30,696 nt of DNA. Source: an uncultured Nitrososphaerales archaeon. Lineage in GTDB: Archaea; Thermoproteota; Nitrososphaeria; Nitrososphaerales; Nitrososphaeraceae. The notes under the pieces are model-generated. The model ran no database searches, had not been told where the DNA came from, and saw only the letters and a program-made list of their open reading frames with translations. This document shows positions 9,763-21,275 of the stretch, piece after piece (positions within the stretch are counted from its first letter, which is position 1; every line of letters begins with the position of its first letter). Location: positions 1 to 30,696 of the forward strand of contig CAVPXM010000091.1 in NCBI GenBank assembly GCA_963709405.1, read 5' to 3'. The position numbers and the translations under genes were made by a program.

Positions 9763-10392
9763 TTATTCAAATAGATGTCTGACATCTCCTTCTAGTATGC
9801 CTGATTCGCCGTGTAGTCTGTCTATATGTTTCGAAAGACCTTCCTTGGTATCAAAAGGAGATTGGCAGTATGGACATACTATACTGAACTTACTCAAGTC
9901 CTTCATATATGCTATAGCCTTGGTATTAATTATGCAAGCCGGAGTTCCAGAAATGGCAGTCTCTTCTGTAGCCATGGATAACGTTTCCATACTCTGGTAA
10001 ATATCTTGCCTTGTGACAACTCCTAAGACTGCCGCATAAGCATGGACCATTACTTGTCTGATACTATGCTTATCCATAACCGAGAGCGCATCCTTAATCG
10101 TCGAACCTGGACCGACTGCAAAAACAGGACAAGTCATGATTTCTCTTAGCTTGACTTTTGACGGATTTGCATTTTGGGAGATCACTTTGAAAAGTATATC
10201 TGTCTTACTTACTATTCCTATCACTTCTCCACGTTTAGATACAAGAACGCTTCTGCTATTCTTCTCTTTCATCAGCTTTGTCGCCTGGTCAACAGTCTCG
10301 TCACTTTCAAGGATGACTACATCTGGTTTCATGAGAAGTCCTACACGAGACGATAGCAGAGATGTCATCGTATTAGGAATGTCCTGTTCCAC
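9763..10392 (-). CDS. Tandem CBS-domain protein with C-terminal C2H2 zinc finger
   Basis: Two CBS repeats (VIGIVSKTDIL; LGVVTRQDI) and CPYCQSPFDTKEGLSKHIDRLH (C-x2-C-x12-H-x4-H). Confidence 0.9.
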   Translation of the reverse strand: MEQDIPNTMTSLLSSRVGLLMKPDVVILESDETVDQATKLMKEKNSRSVLVSKRGEVIGIVSKTDILFKVISQNANPSKVKLREIMTCPVFAVGPGSTIKDALSVMDKHSIRQVMVHAYAAVLGVVTRQDIYQSMETLSMATEETAISGTPACIINTKAIAYMKDLSKFSIVCPYCQSPFDTKEGLSKHIDRLHGESGILEGDVRHLFE

Positions 10393-10661
10393 GCTATAAT
10401 TAGGCGCATGATTTATTTATAGCTAATGGTCATATTACTGAATTTATAATTAATCGATAAAAAGTAATCTAGATTATAAAAAATAGAAATCTGATTTTGT
10501 TTTTGTAATATAAAATCAATAAGAGTTGCAAATATTTCTTAGCTAATAAGGCTGGGCGAGAAGTAACTAGGGCAACTAGAATTCGTACAATAACGATGTT
10601 GTAGTTTCTTACGGATACTAGGTAGAAAATAAGCAGAAGGTGCTATGAATCAAATCTATCC

Positions 10662-13377
10662 TTACGTCTTCCAAAATAGTTCATCTAAACTGCGTTGACG
10701 CGGCTTTCCCAAAAGCGTCTTGAAGTTGAAATTAAGTGATGACAATAATTGATCAAAGGTCGCTTCCATGGTAGCAAGATATTTTTCGGTGTCGATGTCT
10801 TCAGGAACTGCCAACTCTACTGGTTTTACTCCGTCTCCTGTCTTTGTTTTAATATAGGATATAATATCGCCTGCTTTAATCAACCTTCCAGTATCTGTTA
10901 ATAACTTTGCAGCCTTAATATGTTGTGGCAGGCCTTTATAGACTTCGACTTCTTTCTCCTTGCCATGGAACGCTTCCGTCTTGACTGTTTGATTAGTCGA
11001 GGTTCTCTTACCATACTTTTCCGGGGACTTGTTCACCATTACATTGAAACTTAATTCGCTTAAAGGGATCTTTTTTGACTCTAAATCTCTCGCATTTTCT
11101 TGAATTATGTTTTTAATTTTTTCTCTTGCGGATTCGAAATCCTTTTCTGAATCGACCTTACTCAAAATACTCAAGATATTGTAAAACGCGTTACGGATGA
11201 ATGGAGGTGTATGAGATTTTTTTCCAGTAAGTCCCTTTACATCCACAGTTCCGTCAGCAAGTACACCCAAGTAATTCTTTTTCAGTTCACTGAATACAAC
11301 ATAACGATATTGTTTGTCAATCTCTAGATCTACTCCTAACCTACTCTTAGCCCATGTTGAAACCTCTTCAACCTTATTTGACGAAGGATTTTTCAAAAAA
11401 AGAGAGTCCGTATCACCATAAATTACATCTATTCCTATCTCCTTACATTTCGCAATGGTAGAAGTAGTAGTCACTCTTCCTATTGCGGCAGTAGCATCTG
11501 CTACTGGCAGACAGTAAAGAGGAAAGATCTCTGCTCCCATAACGCCATAACTGGCGTTAAGAATGACCTTGATAGCCTGACTGACTACGTTGTAAAGTTG
11601 ACGTTCTTCTGGAGTAAATGACTTATCCTTTGACAAGTGTTTATAATAATTTACTCTTAAATCGCGTAATGAGCCTATCAGTAGAGAAGTTAACCCTCGG
11701 TTTTTCTTGCATACCCAATGGGTGGTTCCAGGTACTTGCTGTTCAGGATCTTCTTTGCAAGACTGGTGTACACAATTTACGGTTTCGTATGAAAGATTAT
11801 GTACTTTGATAATACTAGGATACAGGCTAGCAAAATCGACTACCACTACTCCAAAATGAATCCCCAGTTTTGGTTCAACTACTAAGCCTCCGCGATATTT
11901 TTTCTCTTTGATGATGGCAGTAGTTGAGGCTGTACCCTTCGCCTGCAGTTCATCCCTCCTAGGTATCAGGAATCCATTAAGTCGATGCTCAAAGTATAGC
12001 ATGCCTCTGATCCACTGATTAACCCCAAAGCGTGCAACATCGTCAATTGATAATCGTCCAATCCTCGCTATAACTATAAGTAATTTCATTAATAGGCTAT
12101 CGTTAAAACTAGTCAGCCTATATGTTAGCTCTGCATCCTTCAAACAATACAATGCGAGTGTTTCTAAAGGGAGTTCGGATATATCACCATCAAATTCCAG
12201 CTTTGTATCGTTAAGTAGTGCCTCCGCGATTGCATTTAGCGTATGTTCAGAATACTTGTTACTAAAGGCATAGATTTGTACAGATCGATTTTGAAATGTT
12301 CTAAATAGATCAATATGTATACCATGTTTTACTTGCACAGGTTCTGCTTGAATTCCACGTTTGATGAAGGTTTCCCGTTTTATTATAATTGGTACTCGAT
12401 CCTTTGGTATGATCTGTGAGCCAATGGGATCAATTCTTGGATCCTGAGACCTGGCATAAAGATATGGCAGGTCGAAGTCATCGCCGTTATATGTAATGAT
12501 AAATGGATACGAAGCCATTATCTTGAAGGCCTCCTCTAACAGTTCTTTTTCTGTATAATAGATCTCTGCTTCAGGTATCAATACTTGGTTACTTTCTGGT
12601 TTTCTATTCTGATTTAACAGTAACACCCTCCTAAATCCATCACTGGCTACAAATCCAACCGCGATAATACGACGGTCATGATCCCTGGGTGTAGGCATTC
12701 TCCCTTCTTCAGATTCGACCTCTATATCAACAGAGATCCGCTTGATTTCTGGAATCGGTTGGTTAAGTAGATTTGCCCATCGAGTAATATGTTGCTGATA
12801 TTGGATATCCTCTATTTTCTCAGGTCCCTCCTTTAGTTTGTTCCATAATAGATTTTCCAACTCTTCTCGTACCTTGGCTGAAATATCTAGTTCATGATTC
12901 CTGATTTCATCTCCAATTCTTATGTAGAAAGTACCTGGGATTAGGCGTGTATCGTAAAGGTAATTTTCGTGATATTTTATGTCCGCTTCCCATGATTTTA
13001 CTCTTTCCCTAATGCTATTTTCTGTTCCACCAATCGATAGAGGATCAGGTGCTGTAATTTTCAGGATACTGATTAATTCATCCGCTATCAGATCGCGTCT
13101 CTTTACAATTTCGATGGTGTATTTTCTTTCCTCTCTAACGATTTCTTGTGCTTTAGGCAGCATATTGTAGTTTAGTATAACAATACGGTTTATGATTAGT
13201 CCGATCGCGCCAGACGTATATGGATTTATCTTTGGGGCTATAAAATTTAAGATAAACTTTCTGCTCTTCTCCTGAATATATTGCTGATAAAAGAAGCGCA
13301 GGGATATTTTCTGGCAGCTCTGATACGTCACTGAATTTTTTTTCTTTGGTAGTGAAATATTCCTCTTGGTGTGCCAA
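10662..13377 (-). CDS. polB: Family B DNA polymerase (PolB1-type), interrupted by a 1-nt insertion at ~13155-13160
   Basis: N-terminal 74-aa ORF 13377..13153 (LLLSAIY...VYLKFY...HKPYCY) joins the +1 frame carrying ExoI DIEVE, ExoII YNGDDFDLPYL, ExoIII YCLKDAE, motif A DFASLYPSII, motif B KVILNASYG, motif C YGDTDSLF and a C-terminal PIP-like QRSLDELF. Confidence 0.95.
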
Positions 13378-13621
13378 CGATAGCTATGGTTCAATTACGA
13401 ATGATATTAAAACGTTCATTTTAAGATCAAAAATTACAAAAGCTTCTTCCCATGCAATTTTATTTTTATTGCTATCAAAAGTAGGCTTCACCCTACCGTA
13501 CTTAGGTTGAAATCTTTAATCTGATCTTTCTATAATTTGCCGATCGTGAACAACTCTGATAGTGAAGATTACTATTACTATTCCTAGTAATAAATAATCT
13601 ATACTAATCTTCTCTCCATAT

Positions 13622-14452
13622 TCAAGTTATATTTTCCATTCTCATTTGATTCTTTTCCCTTCTTTGAATGAATACAATTCCAATCAGATATAAGGCAATC
13701 ATGGGGCCTGTAATAAACCACATCGTAATGCCGCTTCCATCTGGAGTTATTATTGCACCAAAAATGACCAATATTATTACTGCGTAACGAAAGTTCTTTT
13801 TCCAGAAATTGACATCAACCAGACCCGTAAGTGTAAAGGCATACATTATTATCGGGAGTTCAAATGCGATACCAAATCCAAGAAAGAATTGTAATACAAA
13901 TGAAATGAAATCGGTAATGTTGAAGAAGGTCTCAACTCCGATCGCTTGACCATATTTATACAGGAAGCCTAGAGTGAATGGAATTACAAGAACATAGGAG
14001 AGTATTATTCCGGAAATAAAAAGGACTATGGTTGGCAGAAGAATAGCGACGATTAGACCCTTGTTGAATTGTTTATCAAAGGCTGGTGAGATGAAACCAA
14101 ATATTTCTTTGACAATAATCGGCATCGACCCAAGCACACCTATTAGCATACCGACGTATATTTGGGCAAAAAAGGCCTGTCCTGGCGCGGTCTGGATTAA
14201 CTTTACCTCTGGCGGAAGGAGTGTATCTCTCATGTAAGATGTCAATTGAACAGCTATGTTATTGATCGGATCAGGGAAGGGAAAAAACAGATGCGAATTA
14301 TTCAAAGGTCTTATTCCAAAGCTTAGGCAGAATATTGTAATAATAGCTACACAAATCGCTATGTGAAAAATTCTAACGCGCAGTTCATTTAGGTGTTCGT
14401 ACATGGACATATCTGCTGGGGGCATCTGGCGATCGTTAACAATAAAGAACAT
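13622..14452 (-). CDS. tatC: Twin-arginine translocase subunit TatC
   Basis: MSMYEHLNELRVRI, EIFGFISPA, FGIAFELP, RYAVIILVIFGAIITPDG; six hydrophobic segments. True start may be 14425. Confidence 0.95.
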   Translation of the reverse strand: MFFIVNDRQMPPADMSMYEHLNELRVRIFHIAICVAIITIFCLSFGIRPLNNSHLFFPFPDPINNIAVQLTSYMRDTLLPPEVKLIQTAPGQAFFAQIYVGMLIGVLGSMPIIVKEIFGFISPAFDKQFNKGLIVAILLPTIVLFISGIILSYVLVIPFTLGFLYKYGQAIGVETFFNITDFISFVLQFFLGFGIAFELPIIMYAFTLTGLVDVNFWKKNFRYAVIILVIFGAIITPDGSGITMWFITGPMIALYLIGIVFIQRREKNQMRMENIT

Positions 14453-14619
14453 CTATCCGAAATATAATTGTGTAAGATCCACACTCGACATTTGCATATT
14501 CACTACTAATGTCTCTCTATCGATATACTAAAAATATCAATAAATCTCGATCACATCAGCAAATTGCTGCAACCCCTTTTGCTAAATATAATCAAGTTAC
14601 CTCTTTCATGATTACAATA

Positions 14620-14958
14620 ATGCCATTGCAAGATTTTTTGCTCCCCTCAGAGAATGTGAAATTTCATAGCAATTCACTTGTCCGATACGGGAATAAAAAA
14701 TATAGAGTCTTGATAACTGACAAAAGGCTAATTCTATATGCGCAACGTGGATATTTCATAAAATCAGATGATATCGTAAGTGAAGGCTTGGATAGAATTC
14801 AAGGATTAGAGTATTCGGAAAAGGGTTTCATTTTTAGAATGGCTAAGATATCTATACAATGCTTAACAAAATTGGAATTATATGGTCCAATTTCCGAGAT
14901 TAATCCATTATTCCATAGCATGCAATCTCTTATTCATATTGGAGGAGAACAATTCTAA
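14620..14958 (+). CDS. Prokaryotic PH-domain (bPH-like) protein
   Basis: LLPSENV...VLITDKRLILYAQRG...IQGLEYSEKGFIF...KISI pattern is typical of bacterial/archaeal PH domains. Start ATG 14620 or 14608. Confidence 0.72.
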   Translation: MPLQDFLLPSENVKFHSNSLVRYGNKKYRVLITDKRLILYAQRGYFIKSDDIVSEGLDRIQGLEYSEKGFIFRMAKISIQCLTKLELYGPISEINPLFHSMQSLIHIGGEQF

Positions 14959-15214
14959 ACTTCGTTTTAGCACTTCATTACCACATTATGGCTTCAATTT
15001 GCCCCTTGCTTATTCTCTATGGACGATCATATCTCTTATCAAATCGTGGAACAAGGTGATTAAGAAGAGCAATGATTATGAATATGGTATAAAGCTAATC
15101 TGGCTACATTTTATTAAAAATGCGTCTAAATCAATACTAGAAATGTTATCTGAAGATAATTATTACAGTCTTGTAGCTAGAATTCAATTCCTATCATGAG
15201 AGTATAAATCTCAT

Positions 15215-15526
15215 CTACTGAGTCAAAGAAACCTCAATATAAACATCGTCGGGTATTTTTAGTCTCATGAGCTGTCTGATTGCTCTATCATCGGCGCCCA
15301 GATCAATGACTCTTCTGTGAATGCGCAATTCATATTTGTCATAGGTATTCGTGCCTTGTCCGCACGGAGATTTTCTCGTTACTACTCTCATTTTTTTTGT
15401 AGGAAGAGGATGTGGCCCTCTCAATTTGATACCACTTTTTTCACCGAGGCCCTTTATTTCTGAACATACTCCTTCTAGTGTAGACAGATTGGTACTCGTA
15501 AGTTTTATTCTTGCTTCTTGCGGCAT
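15215..15526 (-). CDS. rpsJ: 30S ribosomal protein S10 (uS10)
   Basis: ARIKLTS, GPHPLPTKK...TRKSPCGQGTNTYDKYELRIHRRVIDL; directly downstream of EF-1alpha. Confidence 0.98.
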   Translation of the reverse strand: MPQEARIKLTSTNLSTLEGVCSEIKGLGEKSGIKLRGPHPLPTKKMRVVTRKSPCGQGTNTYDKYELRIHRRVIDLGADDRAIRQLMRLKIPDDVYIEVSLTQ

Positions 15527-15541
15527 TTTACAAATTCACCT

Positions 15542-16855
15542 TTACTTCTTTGACGGATCATATTTCTCTATAATTGATTTAACCACACCAGCAGCAATGG
15601 TAGTTCCCATGTCCCTCAGAGCGAACCTTCCAATTTCTGGAAATTCCTTAAATGTTTCAATTGCTAGGGGTCTGACGGGCTTAATTCTTACGATTGCAGC
15701 GTCGCCAGTCTTCAGAAATTTTGGTTTCTCTTCCACTATTCCTCCTGTCTTGGAGTCAATCTTGGCAATAAATTCTGAAAGTGTTGCCGCAACCTGAGCA
15801 GTATGTGCATGCAATACAGGAGTATACCCTGGTGCCATTGCCGTAGGATGATGGATCACTATAATCTGCGCCTCGAATTCTTTGGCTACAGTAGGTGGAT
15901 TACTTGCAGGGCCGATCATGTCTCCACGCTTTATCGACTTCTTATCCACACCCCTAAGGTTAAAACCGATGTTATCACCAGCTTCAGCAGAATCCATCTG
16001 TGTATGATGGGTTTCAATACTTTTGACCTCACCATTTACTCCCGATGGCATGACAACTACCTTGTCGTTAGTCTTGACTATACCCGTCTCGACCCTACCA
16101 ACTGGTACAGTACCAACACCGGTTATTGAATAGACATCTTGCACTGGGATCCTTAATGGCTTTCCAATTGGTTTTTCAGGTGCTTCGAACATGTCTAGAG
16201 CTTCTAGGAGGGTAGCTCCCTTATACCACGGCATATTTTCAGATTTCTTGATTAGATTATCGCCTTTCCATCCAGATACCGGAATAAATTGAACCTTGCT
16301 AGTATTATAACCGACAAGCTTCAACATTTTCTCGGCTATCTCCTTGACTTCTTTGTATCTCGCCTCTGAGTAGCCTGCATCATCCATTTTATTTAGGGCT
16401 ACAATCATCTGGCTCACACCAAGGGTTCTCGCTAAAAATGCATGCTCTCTAGCTTGACCGCCGGGTTCAGTAGCCGCTTCAGTTTCACCCGGTTTGACAG
16501 AAATTACCAGAACAGATGCATCAGCCTCAGACGCCCCGGTGATCATATTCTTAATAAAATCTCTGTGGCCCGGCGCGTCAATTAACGTGTAAAAGAACTT
16601 TGGAGTTTCAAATTTTTGAAAAGCTAGATCAATTGTTATGCCTCTGTCCCTTTCATCCTTGATGCTATCCAACACCCAAGCATATTTGAAAGTGTCTCCC
16701 TTGCCAGTTGCTTCCGATTCTTTAGCAAATGCATCTATAGTTCTCTGGTCAATCACTCCCATATCGACCATTAAATGACCTACACAAGTTGATTTACCAT
16801 TATCAACATGACCTGTAACCACCAAATTCAGATGTGGTTTTTTGCTTGCGCTCAT
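15542..16855 (-). CDS. tuf: Translation elongation factor EF-1alpha
   Basis: GHVDNGKST, ERDRGITID, DAPGHRDFIKNMITGASEAD, NKMD, GRFALRDMGTTIAAG. Confidence 0.99.
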   Translation of the reverse strand: MSASKKPHLNLVVTGHVDNGKSTCVGHLMVDMGVIDQRTIDAFAKESEATGKGDTFKYAWVLDSIKDERDRGITIDLAFQKFETPKFFYTLIDAPGHRDFIKNMITGASEADASVLVISVKPGETEAATEPGGQAREHAFLARTLGVSQMIVALNKMDDAGYSEARYKEVKEIAEKMLKLVGYNTSKVQFIPVSGWKGDNLIKKSENMPWYKGATLLEALDMFEAPEKPIGKPLRIPVQDVYSITGVGTVPVGRVETGIVKTNDKVVVMPSGVNGEVKSIETHHTQMDSAEAGDNIGFNLRGVDKKSIKRGDMIGPASNPPTVAKEFEAQIIVIHHPTAMAPGYTPVLHAHTAQVAATLSEFIAKIDSKTGGIVEEKPKFLKTGDAAIVRIKPVRPLAIETFKEFPEIGRFALRDMGTTIAAGVVKSIIEKYDPSKK

Positions 16856-17107
16856 ATTCGTAAAGGACTGTTAGGGCTTTATTTGTATTTCGATGGTAGG
16901 ATCCGATCTATATTGCAGTACCTACGATCGTATCTAGTTTCAAAGCAAGAAATGCTACTGAATTGTTCGCCTTACGTGAGACTTACTAGATTATACTTGC
17001 TAGATCTGGATATTCAGATAGCCGAATTTATCATTTTTGTGAATTTCGAATCTAATGCCAATCCATCAACATATAGAAATAGAAATTGGTATTTCAATAC
17101 AAAACAG

Positions 17108-17458
17108 TCATTTTTCAGATTTTATTCTGCCGTAGTCATCTTCTAACCTTGTAATATCATTTTCATCAAATCTACCATAAGAAATTTCAAGCACAATACA
17201 ATCTTCGTGAGCTTTTATTCTGTGTTTCACACCAGTTCCTATCCTGATATTTTCACCTTCCTTTGCAGAAAGAGTGACATCATCAAGCTGTATTTCGGCA
17301 GTACCCTTTAATATTCTCCAGAATTCCCACCTGTGATGATGATATTGAAGGCTTAGCCTTGAGTTCGAATTAATATATATCAATTTTACAGTGCAAAGTT
17401 CGTTTTCATGGAACTTCTCAAATTTTCCCCAAGGTCTAATCTCTGTATAAATATCCAC
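17108..17458 (-). CDS. Phosphomannose isomerase type II C-terminal cupin domain protein
   Basis: RPWGKF, RLSLQYHHHRWEFW, KHRI, LEISYGRFDENDITRLEDDYGR. Confidence 0.92.
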   Translation of the reverse strand: MDIYTEIRPWGKFEKFHENELCTVKLIYINSNSRLSLQYHHHRWEFWRILKGTAEIQLDDVTLSAKEGENIRIGTGVKHRIKAHEDCIVLEISYGRFDENDITRLEDDYGRIKSEK

Positions 17459-17961
17459 ACGATGAAGAATGGTAGGGAGTAATTAAAAATTTCCTCAACT
17501 CAAAAATGAATCCTAGGTAAACCAAGAAATGACTAACTGGCCAATGCTCACATTCGTTTTGCAGCATATAACGCAGCTATCGTTTATCAATATACAAGAT
17601 AATCCCAATATGTTAAGGTCTAGCTTTCTTATTCATCTTCAAATACCGCCTTGATTAGCTAGATGTTCTTGTCGATATCTTGAAGTCTCCCTGGACAAAC
17701 ACTTGATCCATTGCTTTTTCATTAAACATTAAGATTTTCGCAGCGACGATTTTTGACTTCTTTTGGTATTATATTGCTCTACTTTTTCGATAGCCCACGA
17801 TCTCTTAACGTTCATAGATTGATCTGATTGATAGTCTAAGTGTGGTATTACTTAGTTGCCAAATTCTTTCTAACAAGACTAAATGTGATGGTGCCTGATA
17901 AGCTAATGGGTTAGCGCACGTATCAAATTATCGTGCCCAATGCGAGCAGCCGCTATTCGAA

Positions 17962-20900
17962 TCAGGCAATTGCGATCAGTACTTTTCGGCCATCTAACTC
18001 TACTTCTTTGTAGCTTACTCCCTCGATTGGCTGTCTAGTTACCATTACTGACCTTACTCTAACCAGATAAATTAATTCTTCTTTCATTTCTTTGATCGAA
18101 TTAATTTCTTCATTGTCAATGTAGGCGACATAAGCAGCAGAAAGAATATCCGTGGGGTTATATCCTTGCTCTTTTCTTATTTGTTGTAAATTCCTTGCCA
18201 GATCTCTAAGGATTCCTTTTGCTATCAACCTCTCATCCCGTTTTGTTGAAATAAGAACGAATAAACCACCACTTCCTGCCATTTTATATCCTTCAGAGGC
18301 CTCGTACGACAATTCTAAATCTGATGAGGAAAGTACAATCTCTCCACCTTCAAACTTCAAAGGGAAGCAATCAGTAGAATGAAGCGACCTTAGCATTTCA
18401 AGTCTGTCTACTCCCTCGAATGCTTGCCTGACTGATATTATTCTTTTATCTTTTAGTCTTGACGCAATATTCTTGGTATTAAGCGAGGCCTTGATAACGA
18501 TAGGGACATTACTGTTTAACAAATTCGATATATGATCAACTGTTTTTGTTGGGTCAGTTATATTTACAATTTTGTAATCTTCTGTGTTAAGTTGGTTTTT
18601 GAGCACTTCTCCAATTCCTGGTGCATTTATGAAAGAAGTCTCAAGACAGCAGACAAGGACCTCATTAATTGGCCACCGCCTTTTCAAATTGGCTTTAGTT
18701 CTAGCTGCATTTGCAAGTGAGATTATATCCTTGACCATATTAAAGCTATTTTCAATATTCTCGTTAACTAGATATTGATCATATGTTGGCCAGTTCTCAA
18801 TGATAATGCTCTCTTTTTCCTTGAAGCAATTTTGGTACAAGTATTCAGTAATAAATGGTGCTATTGGGTGCAGTAGTATGTCTATTTCATGTAATGAGTG
18901 ACCTAAAACTGAATATATTACGAGTCGCCTATTGAGTGAATCAACATTGTCTTCCCAAATATCGTTTCTTATCATAGGAACATATGTTTGGCTAATAAAA
19001 TTTATTATGAATTCTTCGATGGCTTTAGCACCATCATGAAATCTACAGTGTTCAAAACTGCTTGTGACAACGTTGATTAATTTTTGAAGTTTTGATAACA
19101 GCCATATTTCAGTTACAGCAAGTGAATCATTTTTAATCACCCATTTCAGACTATGAATATGTTTATCAAATCTATCGTAACTGCTGTTGTGTTCGAAATA
19201 TATGTGCAGAAAATAGAGAGTACTCAGTATTTGATGAGGTCGAGTTAGCATTTCACTTACGCTAAAGCTTAGCGCTTCAATTGGAGATGATTTCCACATG
19301 AAATAATACCTCACTAGGTCAACTGCACTATCTGTAAGCAACCTCTTGGCATCTATAACATTTCCCAAGCTCTTGCTCATCTTATTTCCGTTTTCATCCA
19401 ACACGTGACCTTGGAAAAGAAAAGACTGGTAAGGGGCAATCGCAGAGTGATTTAATATTACATTTTCGATCAAAAGGGTATACGCCCAGCCTCTTGTTTG
19501 GTCGATCCCCTCTGTAAGAAAAGTTGCGGGAATTGTCTTTTGATATTCTGAATCTGTTAAAGAAGCGTATGGTGCGGCCCCACTATTATGCCAGGTATCT
19601 AAAACAAAAGGTTCTCTTTGCATAATTGCCCTGCACTTCTCGCATGCAATCTCTATTCTATCAATCTCAGGACGATGCAATCCAAAATCAGGACCATCAG
19701 GGAGACTAATCGCCTTCTTCGAAATCTCATTTCTAGAAAAAAGGAATTCTTTATGCCCACATTTCATACAAACCCAAATCGGGAGAGGAGTTCCCCAAAG
19801 CCTTTCTCTCGTGATACACCAGGGAACTTGTTCCTTTATAATTTCCAAGAATCTATTCTTTGGGGGGTCGTAAAAATATTCTACATTTTTTGCGAGCATC
19901 AATTGGAGCTTTTTCGAGTTCATCGATCATGTAAAAATATTCTCGCCTTGCAAGCCATATTACTTTGTGATGGGATCGCCAACAAGTTGGATATTGGTGA
20001 TTTATTTTGCCCAGCTTAATTAAGGAACCACCTTTTTCAAGGATCTCGCTAACTTTCAAGTCTGCGTCTCTTACAAACATTCCACTGAAAAAGCCTGCTT
20101 TATCTGTGAAATGAACGGCGTCGTCAATTGGAGCAAAGATTGGAATTTTTCTTTTGACAGCAATTTCAAAATCCTGTTCTCCGTTTGCAGGCGATATGTG
20201 TACAATCCCGCTACCAGTGCCTACATCCACAAAGGACTCTGCTACAACAAAATGGATTGACTTAGATATCCGATGTAATTCTGGAATCAAATCTAAAAAT
20301 GGATGAATATAGGCTTGTCCATCCAGAGCAGCTCCCATAATGACTTTATCAACAGAAAACTCTTCTATGTGCAGTTCTTTCATCAAATCCTTCAACCTGT
20401 TCTCTGCAATAATCCATTTTTCGTTTTTAACTGTCACAAAGGCGTATTTCGCATCAGGATGTACCCCTACTAGTTCATCCGTAACCACGGTAAAGGGCAT
20501 GGTGGTCCACACTATGATATAGGCCTCGTCGTCGACTAGCTTGACCTTATAATATAGTGAAGGGTCTTCCACAGTCGCATACGCTTGCTTAATCTCGGCA
20601 TTACTTAGTGAAGTTTGACATGATGGACAATACGCTACTACTCGAAACCATTCTTTCAAAATACCATATTCCCAAGCTCTCTTCAGGTATTGCCACTCTC
20701 GTTCAATATATTCGTCCTTAAATGTCCAATATGCACGTTCATAATCAAACGACATTCCTAAGAGGTCGTCAGCCGTTCTCCAACTTTCACCGTAGCGTTC
20801 TATCAGCTTCTTGCACATATCTACAATTTTTTGTATCCCAACTTTCCGAACATTTTCAATCTTGCTACCAGTAAGCCCTAGCTCCTTCTCAGCTTGCAGC

Positions 20901-21181
20901 TCAATCGGGAGTCCTTGGGTATCCCATCCAGCTCTAAAAATGATATTATTCTTTTGTAAAGTTTTGAACCGATACCACAAGTCCTTTATGATTCTACCTC
21001 TCAAATGGCCTGCATGTGGTTCCCCATTTAACGTTGGAGGTCCATCTATGTAACCAAGTAGAGTACCACAGTCTTTTTTTTTCAGATCGTTTTGTATAAG
21101 GGATTTGATATCAATGTTAGCCAAATACTGCCTAGTTTCATTTTCTATTACCTTGATATCAAATTTATTGGAAAGTCCCAT
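17962..21181 (-). CDS. ileS: Isoleucine--tRNA ligase (archaeal/eukaryote-like IleRS2), interrupted by a 1-nt insertion at ~19886-19894
   Basis: 5' ORF has DGPPTLNGEPHAGH (HIGH), GWDTQGLPIE, WTTMPFT and GSGIVH. 3' ORF has WCITRERLWGTPLP, EGIDQTRGW and KMSKSLGN. The two frames overlap at 19853-19923. Confidence 0.96.
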
Positions 21182-21275
21182 TTATAAAAGAGCCGATATA
21201 GGAACTAGTGTTTATGTTTTTGGTTATCGCTACAATAGGATTATATTTTATTCTCTAATAATTAACCTCAACAGA

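Noticed and set aside
10662-13150. Intein in PolB
   Set aside because: Length and motif spacing are normal; no intein splice-junction or LAGLIDADG blocks are seen at motifs A, B or C.
13160-13394. N-terminal ~78 aa of the 910-aa polB track ORF
   Set aside because: Wrong-frame extension; the real N-terminus is the 13377..13153 ORF.
13516-13620. Short hydrophobic frame after tatC (ISIDYLLLGIVIVIFTIRVV) as a candidate tatA
   Set aside because: No in-frame start codon, no FG hinge or amphipathic helix of TatA, and only ~34 codons.
21105-21275. N-terminal extension of the pyrophosphatase ORF
   Set aside because: Overlaps the ileS start on the opposite strand; the family-like sequence begins at ATG 21276.
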